IMG/VR virus record: IMGVR_UViG_3300021399_000099
Location: 1 to 64,000 of that record
DNA length: 64,000 bases
Origin: a virus
Lineage: Duplodnaviria; Caudoviricetes
Strand: one strand, 5' to 3'
Under the pieces are notes generated by a model. The model saw nothing but the letters and a program-made list of their open reading frames with translations. It had not been told where the DNA came from and ran no database searches. A program made the position numbers and the translations under genes. How positions within the stretch are numbered: the stretch's first letter is position 1; the number at the start of each line of letters is the position of its first letter. Of this stretch, positions 49,788-57,729 are shown in pieces.

Positions 49788-50078
49788 ATGGAAAAGATTA
49801 AAATTAAAGTGACCTACAACCCAGTAACAAGGAAATACATCGCCACCACCAACAGGGGGCGTTATCACCTGTGCAGTTTTTTCAGAAGCGATTCCGGACA
49901 AGTCTGGTCATTTGAAAACGAATCGATGCTAACGACTCAACATATCACAGGTCCGGAGTTCCCCATTGACTACTTCAAGTCCCTGTGCAAGGCATTCTGG
50001 TTTCTCAATTTCGGGGTTCAGGAATTCCCGGAGGTAGAATTAACGCAGGACTCAGGGAAACTGCTGGGTATCAAGTAA
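49788..50078 (+). CDS. Hypothetical protein
   Basis: Second gene of the unit. Confidence 0.8.
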   Translation: MEKIKIKVTYNPVTRKYIATTNRGRYHLCSFFRSDSGQVWSFENESMLTTQHITGPEFPIDYFKSLCKAFWFLNFGVQEFPEVELTQDSGKLLGIK

Positions 50079-50155
50079 TAGGGACTCAATTGAGTACCTT
50101 TTTGGCACGCTTCTTGCATTATACATTATTATTAACCTTTAAAAATACACTTATT

Positions 50156-50560
50156 ATGCTTACACTTATTGTCCTTTTTGCCATCGCGGTTGTTTGTTTC
50201 GTTGCCGGGGCTCTCATTCTAAAATACACTTACGAGGATTACTTGGGGGACTGTCTGGAAGCTATCGGCTCTATTGCGGCATTCGCTCTCATTATCTGTT
50301 CCCTTACCCTCATTAACAAGGACAGGCGATTTGATGCAATTCAGGAGGAGTATCAGGTAATCTCAGTAATGGTTGATAGTTATGACGGGCAGGACTATGG
50401 TAATATGACTGCACTGATAGACGAGGTAGTTCGTATGAATACCCGTATCGCCAACCATAAAGCTTTCTATACGAGCCCTTGGACAGGTATCTGGTACTCC
50501 GAGAAGATTGCTAACCTCGAGCCCATCAAGTTCAGTAAAAATCCCGGGCTCAAAGAGTAG
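50156..50560 (+). CDS. Membrane protein with two N-terminal transmembrane helices
   Basis: Start trimmed to ATG 50156; promoter at 50103. Confidence 0.82.
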   Translation: MLTLIVLFAIAVVCFVAGALILKYTYEDYLGDCLEAIGSIAAFALIICSLTLINKDRRFDAIQEEYQVISVMVDSYDGQDYGNMTALIDEVVRMNTRIANHKAFYTSPWTGIWYSEKIANLEPIKFSKNPGLKE

Positions 50561-50614
50561 TCTGGCACGGGATTTGCATTATACCATATCGTAACCAATA
50601 AATCATTTCAAATT

Positions 50615-50959
50615 ATGTGCAGAGTAGATAATATCCGGGACAACTACAACGGTCAGACCAAGTTGTATGATTTCTATGCCCAGGCTTTTCCCACTGACAA
50701 GGAAGGTCTCAAGGACATCAACCGCAACGCAACCTTCCAGGACGCCTTTGAGTGTCTCCAGGTCGGGTTCAACTTCTACGCCTTCCTGGGGGTAGATGAC
50801 AGCATTGTACGGGAGAGGATTTTTGACGCACTTGCCACGCTGATGGGCTGTTCCTACGACCACGTTTATTATCAGTGGCTCAACCATAGTCAGGAACCCT
50901 TTGGGCTTCAAATGGTTACGGATATGACCGGGCTTCGTTTCAAAAATCAGGAGGCATAG
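50615..50959 (+). CDS. Conserved phage hypothetical protein
   Basis: DSIVRERIF...YDHVYYQWL; promoter at 50563. Confidence 0.85.
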   Translation: MCRVDNIRDNYNGQTKLYDFYAQAFPTDKEGLKDINRNATFQDAFECLQVGFNFYAFLGVDDSIVRERIFDALATLMGCSYDHVYYQWLNHSQEPFGLQMVTDMTGLRFKNQEA

Positions 50960-50962
50960 CGT

Positions 50963-51145
50963 ATGAAACCAGTTCCTTGCACTATCATCGTTAATAACCG
51001 CTGGGGATATTGTTTCCAGCCTCAGCGGTTCCATTCCATCAACCAGGCGTATCTATATGGAAAGAACTTCCTGGGTGGCTTTGCTTTCAGGATTTTTGAT
51101 ATCGACGGGAAAATAATCAAGTCTGGATACTGCAATCCCGATTAG
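50963..51145 (+). CDS. Hypothetical protein
   Basis: 60-aa ORF packed between cassettes. Confidence 0.7.
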   Translation: MKPVPCTIIVNNRWGYCFQPQRFHSINQAYLYGKNFLGGFAFRIFDIDGKIIKSGYCNPD

Positions 51146-51196
51146 TTTGGCACGCTTCTTGTATATAGTATAGTGTAACCAATAAAACATACAACT

Positions 51197-51574
51197 ATGC
51201 ACGAAGCACTGAAAAAGTTTTGGAAGGACAATCAGTCCAAGCACCTTATCCAGCCCATCACTCTCTGGCTTGGAGAACAACCGGAAGGTGATTACCGGAA
51301 CGAGGAAACCGGAATCAAGGGATTTACCTTTGACGAGCACATCGGTATTGAGGCAGTCAAGGAGATTGCCGGAAAGGGCCTCTATGTCTATGCTATGAGG
51401 CACGGTGATGATTGGTGCGAGCCGGCGAGCATCGAGAAGAATGAGGTCATAGTCAATTTCTACGCGTATCTCGTTGTAGATGAACCACTTGACTTCCTCT
51501 TTGCCGAGAAGGATTGGAGCGAAGACCTTGCAGATTGGTCTATGGATTGGGGCGATGAATATTACTGGGTTTAA
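51197..51574 (+). CDS. LPD28-like domain protein
   Basis: LYVYAMRHGDDWCEPASIE..VIVNFY....EPL resembles large polyvalent protein domain 28; promoter at 51148. Confidence 0.6.
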   Translation: MHEALKKFWKDNQSKHLIQPITLWLGEQPEGDYRNEETGIKGFTFDEHIGIEAVKEIAGKGLYVYAMRHGDDWCEPASIEKNEVIVNFYAYLVVDEPLDFLFAEKDWSEDLADWSMDWGDEYYWV

Positions 51575-51594
51575 CAACTAAAAATCAATCAATT

Positions 51595-51999
51595 ATGGAA
51601 CATATCCTCAATGAGAATGAACTGAACGAGGCTTACGCCGAAATGAAGTCCATCTACGAAAAAACCCGCGAGCTCGAGAAAAGGAAGGGCGAAATCAACC
51701 GGATGCTCATCCAGAATGCCATCAACAAGGCAAAGAGTCGGTTCCCAGGTATCGAGCCAGGTGACAAGGTGAAGGTTGTACGTAAGACCTATGACTGGAG
51801 AAATCCCAATGCAACCGAAACCGTCATCAGGTATATGGGTGGTTATTTCCGTGACCGCTATGGCTCCAGTGATTATAATAACCACGACGAGTACATCAAG
51901 CTCGAACTCTATCAGGTGAAGAAGGACGGCTCACGCTCGCTCAAAAAGGACGAAACGAACATCAGTAGCATCATCTCCATTGAAAAGGTGGAGGAATAG
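51595..51999 (+). CDS. Hypothetical protein
   Basis: KKDGSRS motif; A-rich leader. Confidence 0.85.
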   Translation: MEHILNENELNEAYAEMKSIYEKTRELEKRKGEINRMLIQNAINKAKSRFPGIEPGDKVKVVRKTYDWRNPNATETVIRYMGGYFRDRYGSSDYNNHDEYIKLELYQVKKDGSRSLKKDETNISSIISIEKVEE

Positions 52000-52071
52000 G
52001 GACTCAATTGAGTACCTTTTGGCACGCTTTTTGTAATATAATATGCTGTAACCAATAAAACACAATACATT

Positions 52072-52431
52072 ATGGGACTTAGAGCAACAGTTATTAGAAA
52101 GTATGAAGTTGAATACGGTCACTCTGAAGGTTTCAACTATGGCGCTGACGAGTTGAGTGCAATTATCCGTACATTCTGCGATGACTACTTTATCGGGGAT
52201 GATGGGAACTGCGGTGGAGATACTGACGTGGTCTGGGAGATTGACCGGGAGCAGTTTAAACAAATGCTCGAACAGATAAAGAGTATGACGCACGAGGAAT
52301 TCGTTTCGGCAGTCCGGGATGAATATTATTACGAGGACGAGTGGGACAAGGAGTATATCGTGCAGGTCTTCGAGAACTTCCTTGCAGAAACACCGGAAGA
52401 TTCTAACTATGTTCGCTTCGGCTGGCTGTAG
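52072..52431 (+). CDS. Acidic hypothetical protein
   Basis: Promoter at 52020. Confidence 0.85.
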   Translation: MGLRATVIRKYEVEYGHSEGFNYGADELSAIIRTFCDDYFIGDDGNCGGDTDVVWEIDREQFKQMLEQIKSMTHEEFVSAVRDEYYYEDEWDKEYIVQVFENFLAETPEDSNYVRFGWL

Positions 52432-52509
52432 TTTGGCACGATAGTTGCATATAATAGTACAGAACAAAACAACAATAAAAACATAAATCATTTAAAATCA
52501 ATTAGTTAT

Positions 52510-53169
52510 ATGGGTCTAGATATCTACTTCAAGAAAACCACCGTCCAGTTTCACGGTGACCCCTCGGACATCAAAGATTTCGACAACTTCTGCGAGGAAG
52601 CCAGTGATGCCGCAAGAAACGACCTCCGTGCCAAGATGGAAAAGATGCTCAAACCTCTTCGTGAGGCGTGGGATGCCCTCCAGACCAACGATTACTGGAG
52701 GAATATCTACAACGACCGCTATTTCGCCTTTGTGGAACAGCTCCGGTCTCTCATAGCCAAGAACTATGACTGGAAGATTTACCCTTACACCAAGGAGATT
52801 TTGGACTTCCCGGAGCTGGAGAAGCAGATTGACGATGAGGTCAAGTCCTACTACCTCCAGTATGATGCCTACTTCCGCAAGGTGAATTTCCTCTTCGCCT
52901 ACTACACGAACAAGGGCAAGATGGTTGATGAGTATTATGCCTTTACCGACAAGGAGGACATTGATGACATTATCAGCCGATGCGAGAGGGTACTTGCCGA
53001 CCATTCCCTTGCAAGCGAACTGCTTCCTACGCAGAGTGGCTTCTTCTTTGGCGGTACCGACTACGATGAGATGTACTTCGAGGATGTCGCTGACTGCCTC
53101 AAACAGATGAAGAAGTACCGCAAACTGCTCACTGACGGGGTTACCGGGTTCGTAATCTTCTCTTGGTAG
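52510..53169 (+). CDS. Conserved phage hypothetical protein
   Basis: MGLDIY...YFRKVN...LLPTQSGFFFGGTDYDE...SW; promoter at 52434. Confidence 0.88.
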   Translation: MGLDIYFKKTTVQFHGDPSDIKDFDNFCEEASDAARNDLRAKMEKMLKPLREAWDALQTNDYWRNIYNDRYFAFVEQLRSLIAKNYDWKIYPYTKEILDFPELEKQIDDEVKSYYLQYDAYFRKVNFLFAYYTNKGKMVDEYYAFTDKEDIDDIISRCERVLADHSLASELLPTQSGFFFGGTDYDEMYFEDVADCLKQMKKYRKLLTDGVTGFVIFSW

Positions 53170-53273
53170 AACAAAGAAACCGGGGGCTAAAAAATGGAAA
53201 AAGTCCCCGGTTTTTCTCCAATTTGGCACGGGATTTGCATATAGTATATCGTAACCAATTAAAACGTACTATT

Positions 53274-53495
53274 ATGACAAGAGTAAATTATCCTATGACG
53301 ATTGACGAACTTATCGTTGAGGCATTAAAAGCTAAGAAAAAGTTCGGCGGCAGCAAGTATGTCCTTATTTCCACTGATGAGGAGGGAAACGGATACCACG
53401 AGTGTTATTTCACATTTGGTGCCGGGGAGGAGATGCTTGACGGCTTCAACGGACCTTGTGACCTTAAGCCGGAGGAGTGCGTTACCCTTGGATAA
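53274..53495 (+). CDS. Hypothetical protein
   Basis: STDEEGNGYH; start trimmed; promoter at 53224. Confidence 0.82.
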   Translation: MTRVNYPMTIDELIVEALKAKKKFGGSKYVLISTDEEGNGYHECYFTFGAGEEMLDGFNGPCDLKPEECVTLG

Positions 53496-53529
53496 AAAGT
53501 TGTTTAACCAGTAAAAACGATATAATATT

Positions 53530-53772
53530 ATGTTTAGCGGCAAGAGATTTACCTACTATCAGCCCGAGGCTTACTACGACGATGGCACGAATGTCGATTA
53601 TGGCCCTATCCCTCCGGAACTCTATTCCTTCCAGGCATTTCCAACGAGAGAGGAGTGTGAGGCGTGGCTCGAGAACAACGGATACGAGCCCGGGGATTTC
53701 ACCATCCACGAGTACTCCGACGACGATATCGAAGATGTTGTCATAATCGATGCGGATGGTAACGTTATCTAA
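53530..53772 (+). CDS. Highly acidic small protein
   Basis: 19 D/E against 3 K/R in 80 aa. Confidence 0.82.
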   Translation: MFSGKRFTYYQPEAYYDDGTNVDYGPIPPELYSFQAFPTREECEAWLENNGYEPGDFTIHEYSDDDIEDVVIIDADGNVI

Positions 53773-53801
53773 AAGATTAATCACTTAAAGTAATACTTCA
53801 A

Positions 53802-54083
53802 ATGAAAAGAGAAGAAATGGTAACAGAGAACCTGGCGATAGGCCTTCTGGAAACAGGCAAGAAACTCGTGTATGGTGTTCTTAATACAGCATACTATGAC
53901 CTTATGGGTTATGCATTCATCGCCGGTGACACTCCGGAATGCCTGGGAGAGGTAGGATGCTCTGAGGAGGATATCGAGGCGGCGGACATAATGGAAATCG
54001 GCAGTGTAATTTACGGAGGCTGGCCAGCAGATAAAGCCATCGTCATCATCAAAATGAAGGACGACCGGCTCGAGGTCAGGTAA
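53802..54083 (+). CDS. Hypothetical protein
   Basis: 93-aa ORF. Confidence 0.8.
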   Translation: MKREEMVTENLAIGLLETGKKLVYGVLNTAYYDLMGYAFIAGDTPECLGEVGCSEEDIEAADIMEIGSVIYGGWPADKAIVIIKMKDDRLEVR

Positions 54084-54207
54084 TAGGGACTCTCTTGAGT
54101 ACCTTTTCCTTATAAGGTTGATTTTTTTCCTTATTCATACTATTTATTTTAACCGGTATGTCCCTTATATTTAAATAGTGTATGTAAGATGCGGCTTAGG
54201 TTGCCGG

Positions 54208-54283
54208 TGGCGTATAGCTCAAACAGAAGAGTGCTCGAGTGGTTTAACCTCGAAGGATGTCAGGGGCGGTACCTGATTACGCG
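54208..54283 (+). ncRNA. Degenerate tRNA-like cloverleaf upstream of rpsU
   Basis: GCGTA/TACGC acceptor; GCTC/GAGT D stem; TCGAG/CTCGA stem with a 9-nt loop; TCAGG/CCTGA stem with a non-canonical T loop. Confidence 0.5.
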
Positions 54284-54305
54284 GCTAAGAGAAATATGTT
54301 TAATT

Positions 54306-54497
54306 ATGCTAAGAGTAATTGTAAATGAAGGAGACAAAATCGACAGAGCCCTGAAGCAATTCAAACGCAAGGTGAATAACACGAAGTTGATACAACAGCT
54401 GCGTGCCCGGAAAGAGTTTGAAAAGCCCTCAGTGACTGCCAGAAAAGGAAAACTCAGGGCGGAGTACATCCAGAGACTTCGCAATGAGCAGGAATAG
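54306..54497 (+). CDS. rpsU: 30S ribosomal protein bS21 (phage-encoded)
   Basis: MLRVIVNEGDKIDRALKQFKRKV...LRARKEFEKPSV...AEYIQ, 63 aa, with a Bacteroidota-type C-terminus. Confidence 0.92.
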   Translation: MLRVIVNEGDKIDRALKQFKRKVNNTKLIQQLRARKEFEKPSVTARKGKLRAEYIQRLRNEQE

Positions 54498-54643
54498 CTC
54501 TCGAAAGATAGAGCATATTCACACAGTTTTTATTGGTTACAGAAGAGGGCCGTCGTGAGATGCCCCTCTTCAATTTTTTAACCTTTCAACACACACTTTG
54601 GCACGAGTTTTGCATATATAGTGCTGTAACCAATTTAAAACAG

Positions 54644-54832
54644 ATGATTATGAATATGAACATTATCGAGTCTTGGTGGCGCCATAACGGAATCGCCGAC
54701 AGAATCCAGGCCAGTGGAATCTTTTGCTATGACGACGTGCAGTGGTTCTTCCAGAAAACAGATAACTGGTGGGATTCCCTGACAGATGACGAGAAGCGTG
54801 ACGTGTATGACGAATTCTTTAGCGAGAATTAG
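54644..54832 (+). CDS. Hypothetical protein
   Basis: Start trimmed; promoter at 54599; DNWWDSLTDDEK motif. Confidence 0.8.
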   Translation: MIMNMNIIESWWRHNGIADRIQASGIFCYDDVQWFFQKTDNWWDSLTDDEKRDVYDEFFSEN

Positions 54833-54881
54833 GTACCGTGTCTTGTTAGTCTCAAAAAAAGTTAGTATATTAGAAATACCT

Positions 54882-54958
54882 CGGGGTGTATCGGCTCAAG
54901 CTTATACCTTGTCGAAACCGTAGCTGGTTGCACGGGGGTTCAAATCCCTCCACCCCGA
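54882..54958 (+). tRNA. Atypical tRNA-like RNA lacking a normal D arm, anticodon TAT (Ile?)
   Basis: Perfect 7-bp acceptor CGGGGTG/CACCCCG; T arm GGGGG-TTCAAAT-CCCTC; CAAG-CTTATAC-CTTG arm; promoter at 54843-54871. Confidence 0.6.
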
Positions 54959-54979
54959 CAATATATTTAAAACTTCATT

Positions 54980-55396
54980 ATGAAACGATTCTTTAACTTA
55001 TCTACAGGTATAATGCTGGGTGTCATCGCGATAGCTGTTATAGTTGCGGTCCTTAGTTCCACCATTAATTGGCAGGCTGTAATCTGGATGGTTATCGCGG
55101 CGATGTGGGTCGCCATCGCACGCGTGAATGAGATGATGTCTGATGGTTGGAAAGAGCTGTACTATAGTACCAATGACGAATTGACGGAGCTCAGGAAACA
55201 GAACACTGACACTGACGCGAAGTATCAGACAGCAGTACAGGACCTGGATAACGTGACCCAGAAAGTCGAGGAGCTCACTCAGGCTCTGGAAGCGAAGAAG
55301 CCCCGCAGGAAAAAGAAGTTGGACCTGTCGGATGAAGACGTCACCAGGATAAAGATGGAAATGCGAACGGCAGGTCTGATTAAGGAAGAAGAATAG
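54980..55396 (+). CDS. Membrane-anchored coiled-coil protein
   Basis: Two N-terminal transmembrane segments followed by heptads. Confidence 0.85.
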   Translation: MKRFFNLSTGIMLGVIAIAVIVAVLSSTINWQAVIWMVIAAMWVAIARVNEMMSDGWKELYYSTNDELTELRKQNTDTDAKYQTAVQDLDNVTQKVEELTQALEAKKPRRKKKLDLSDEDVTRIKMEMRTAGLIKEEE

Positions 55397-55414
55397 TTTT
55401 ATTGGTTATACGAT

Positions 55415-56027
55415 TGAAGCGTCGTCTAACGGCAAGACATGGGATTTTAGTTATTATAACTGAATGCACTGAGGGAAACCTTGGATGTAGAACCTCCCTA
55501 ATTCGGTGAAAGCTAAGTGAATGATGAAAGTAAGATTGTACGGCGGATTCCCAGAGATGGGGAACTATGAAGCAGTTCTTAATGTATGTACACTCATTTA
55601 TATGCCAATGCCGAGCCAATGTTATTCATCAATATATTATATGTCTTTGTAGGAGAGAACTGGAAAAGAATATTCCTTGCCCATTGTCGGCATAAGTTCC
55701 AGTATTGATGATAGACAGTGTGTAGAGACTATACAGGAGGAACCTAAGTTGAAATGCTTGATTACCCTACGCATGATTGACGTATAAATCCTATTATACA
55801 ACCAAATCATGAGTGAGATTAAAGAAACAACTAGTGAGTAGGATTAAAGCTAGGATGGTAATGAGCTGCTTGCAAGATTTCAATATGGTTAAGATACAGT
55901 CCAGACCACAAACAAATGAATCGACGAACGTCCTGAGGGATGTACAAGATAATCGTGGCGACATTTGGTAGTGAAAGCTATAGTGGCAAGGGTTCCCAGA
56001 ATAGAGGTTCGATTCCTCTCGCTTCAA
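55415..56027 (+). tRNA. trnQ: tRNA-Gln(TTG) interrupted by a group I intron; exons 55415-55448 and 55991-56027
   Basis: Joined exons form a full cloverleaf: TGAAGCG/CGCTTCA, GTC/GAC D stem, TGGGA-TTTT^GGT-TCCCA, AGAGG-TTCGATT-CCTCT. Confidence 0.9.
55449..55990 (+). ncRNA. Group I intron (542 nt, no endonuclease ORF)
   Basis: P1 with a U.G pair at the 5' splice site; terminal G; core elements AATTCGGTGAAA (~55500), AATGCCGAGC (~55607), GTAGAGACTA (~55722) and AAGATACAGTCC (55891). Confidence 0.88.
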
Positions 56028-56374
56028 CAAAAAAAACATTCGGACCCTTGTTTTTTTAAAAACTTGTTTGTATATTTATATAGAGAGTAAAGATTTTCCA
56101 TTTTGTTAATAAGTTTGACCGGTTAGTTTGCCAGACACGAAGACAGCTGCCAGACCACCTGTAATAGGGACTCTTTTGAGTACCTTTTTTACGCAACACA
56201 CCTCCTTTCTCGTTCTTGCAGTTGGTGCCTGACGTTGTAGATGATACGGTCAAAACAAGTTCTTTGGTATATAACATAGCCGGCTCAGCGTACGTTTTCA
56301 GTGGTATCGCGGCGGTTATGTCGAACAAGGATACGTACAGCAAGATTTTTAGTATATTGAAATTACTTAAAAAT

Positions 56375-56540
56375 CTGAGTAGCCCCACCGCGGTGATAGA
56401 CAGGCACCGTGGAATGAATGCAGGGATGGGAACTGCCGTCTTTACTACCGGTTACCTGGGAGACGTTAATAACCAGGTGCCCGTATCCTGTATTACCAGA
56501 GTGTTTAAAGAGGATGGCCACAACGGTCGTCCTCTTTTTT
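56375..56540 (+). ncRNA. Candidate structured non-coding RNA with terminator
   Basis: Several stems (CCGCGGTG/CACCGTGG; TGCAGGGATGGG/CCCGTATCCTGTA; ACCTGG/CCAGGT), then AGAGGATGGCC/GGTCGTCCTCT-TTTT. Confidence 0.4.
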
Positions 56541-56592
56541 GTTTATATCCGGTTTTTTCTGTATATTTATAGTGTATAGAATATATCATATT

Positions 56593-57354
56593 ATGAAAAC
56601 ATATGGACCGAAACTAATAGTGAATGAATGGCGTGACCGTAACGGGGAATTAAAACGCGAAGAGCATAACGTGATGCCTCTGTCTGAGTCGTCCCTGAAC
56701 CAGATGATGCAGCACGGTGAAACCGGTATGGTTATCATCTCGGCGAACAGGAGTGCTATCGACTCAGAGAACCCGAAACTGTCCCTGAGGCCTGATTTTG
56801 AAAAATATGTAGAAAGCGTCGGGGGCTATGATTCCATCGACTCAGATGCATTGTACGACGAGGAGCAGAACTGGCTTAAGCGTCGTAATGCCAAGGCTGA
56901 CAAGATACTTCGCCGGGATATAAAGAATGCCGGCTTCTCTTACTCTCCAGTATATGGGGGCTATCACGGTACCGACGGCGTAGCAGACAGCTATGAGCCC
57001 AGTTATGTCGTATATTGTTACAACAGGGACGGCGAGCTCGTGAAGTTTGATTATCTAGAAGAGTTCGCTCTTGAAATGTGCAGGAAGTTTAAACAGGACA
57101 GCGTATATGTGCAGCGTCCTGGTGACCCTCCTGTATATCTGGACGGCGCCGGCAACCAGGTGAATTCAACGTCTTCAGACAACTTCAAGTTCAACAGAGA
57201 GAAGGAACAGTTCTACACCACAGCAAAGAGGGATAAGTCCAATCCACAACGCTTCACAGCGGACATTGTCTTTGAGAATATGTTTATCCCTCTGAGACCG
57301 GCGGATTACAATGAGAAACTCCGGAGGATAAAATCAGGGGAATACATACTGTAA
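56593..57354 (+). CDS. Hypothetical protein (DUF3293-like fold possible)
   Basis: IISANRS...GFSYSPVYGGY...EPSYVV...KFKQDSV; TATTTAT at 56564. Confidence 0.8.
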   Translation: MKTYGPKLIVNEWRDRNGELKREEHNVMPLSESSLNQMMQHGETGMVIISANRSAIDSENPKLSLRPDFEKYVESVGGYDSIDSDALYDEEQNWLKRRNAKADKILRRDIKNAGFSYSPVYGGYHGTDGVADSYEPSYVVYCYNRDGELVKFDYLEEFALEMCRKFKQDSVYVQRPGDPPVYLDGAGNQVNSTSSDNFKFNREKEQFYTTAKRDKSNPQRFTADIVFENMFIPLRPADYNEKLRRIKSGEYIL

Positions 57355-57729
57355 GGTAGATTTGTTATTATGCATAGTCGATACCAGGTAAAATTGTCGA
57401 AATTCAGGCACTTTACCTGGTATTTTTGTTGAAATCTGGCACGCTTTTTGCAATATACCAGGTAAATACTTCTATGTTGCCAAGGCGGGAAATCCTGGTA
57501 CCCAGCGGACGAATCTTTTTTTAAGAGTGCCCGACGAAAAAAACCACTCTTGCCCGCTATTTTACTCAGGTAGAAATAATTTGCATTTTTTTCTTCCCGG
57601 GATATGGTTTGGCACGCTTCTTGCAATATACTGTACTGAAAGGTTAAAATAAAAAAGTGTGTGCGTGGGACCAGACCATTTCTGGGCTCTGCGGCACTGT
57701 GTATTATTGTATAGATAAAAAAATTGTAT

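Larger units (their letters stand above)
30027..57625 (+). promoter_or_regulatory. Forty-eight sigma54-type -24/-12 promoters on the plus strand
   Basis: TGGCAC-N5-TTGCW-like boxes start at 30027, 30273, 30664, 31127, 31560, 31775, 32443, 32700, 33529, 33909, 34393, 34673, 35109, 35158, 35526, 35815, 36410, 37259, 37816, 38262, 39267, 40140, 40991, 41402, 41762, 42594, 43103, 43514, 43971, 44279, 44585, 45045, 45759, 46104, 46899, 47298, 47643, 48611, 49227, 50103, 50563, 51148, 52020, 52434, 53224, 54599, 57437 and 57610. Confidence 0.9.

Noticed and set aside
55794-56039. Homing endonuclease within the intron
   Set aside because: Only a short antisense ORF is present, with no LAGLIDADG, HNH or GIY-YIG motif.
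27028-57625. CRISPR array or integron cassette array as the explanation for the repeats
   Set aside because: The repeats are degenerate and separated by whole genes of variable length. There are no cas or intI genes and no attC-type RYYYAAC...GTTRRRY palindromes. The conserved positions match the -24/-12 promoter consensus.
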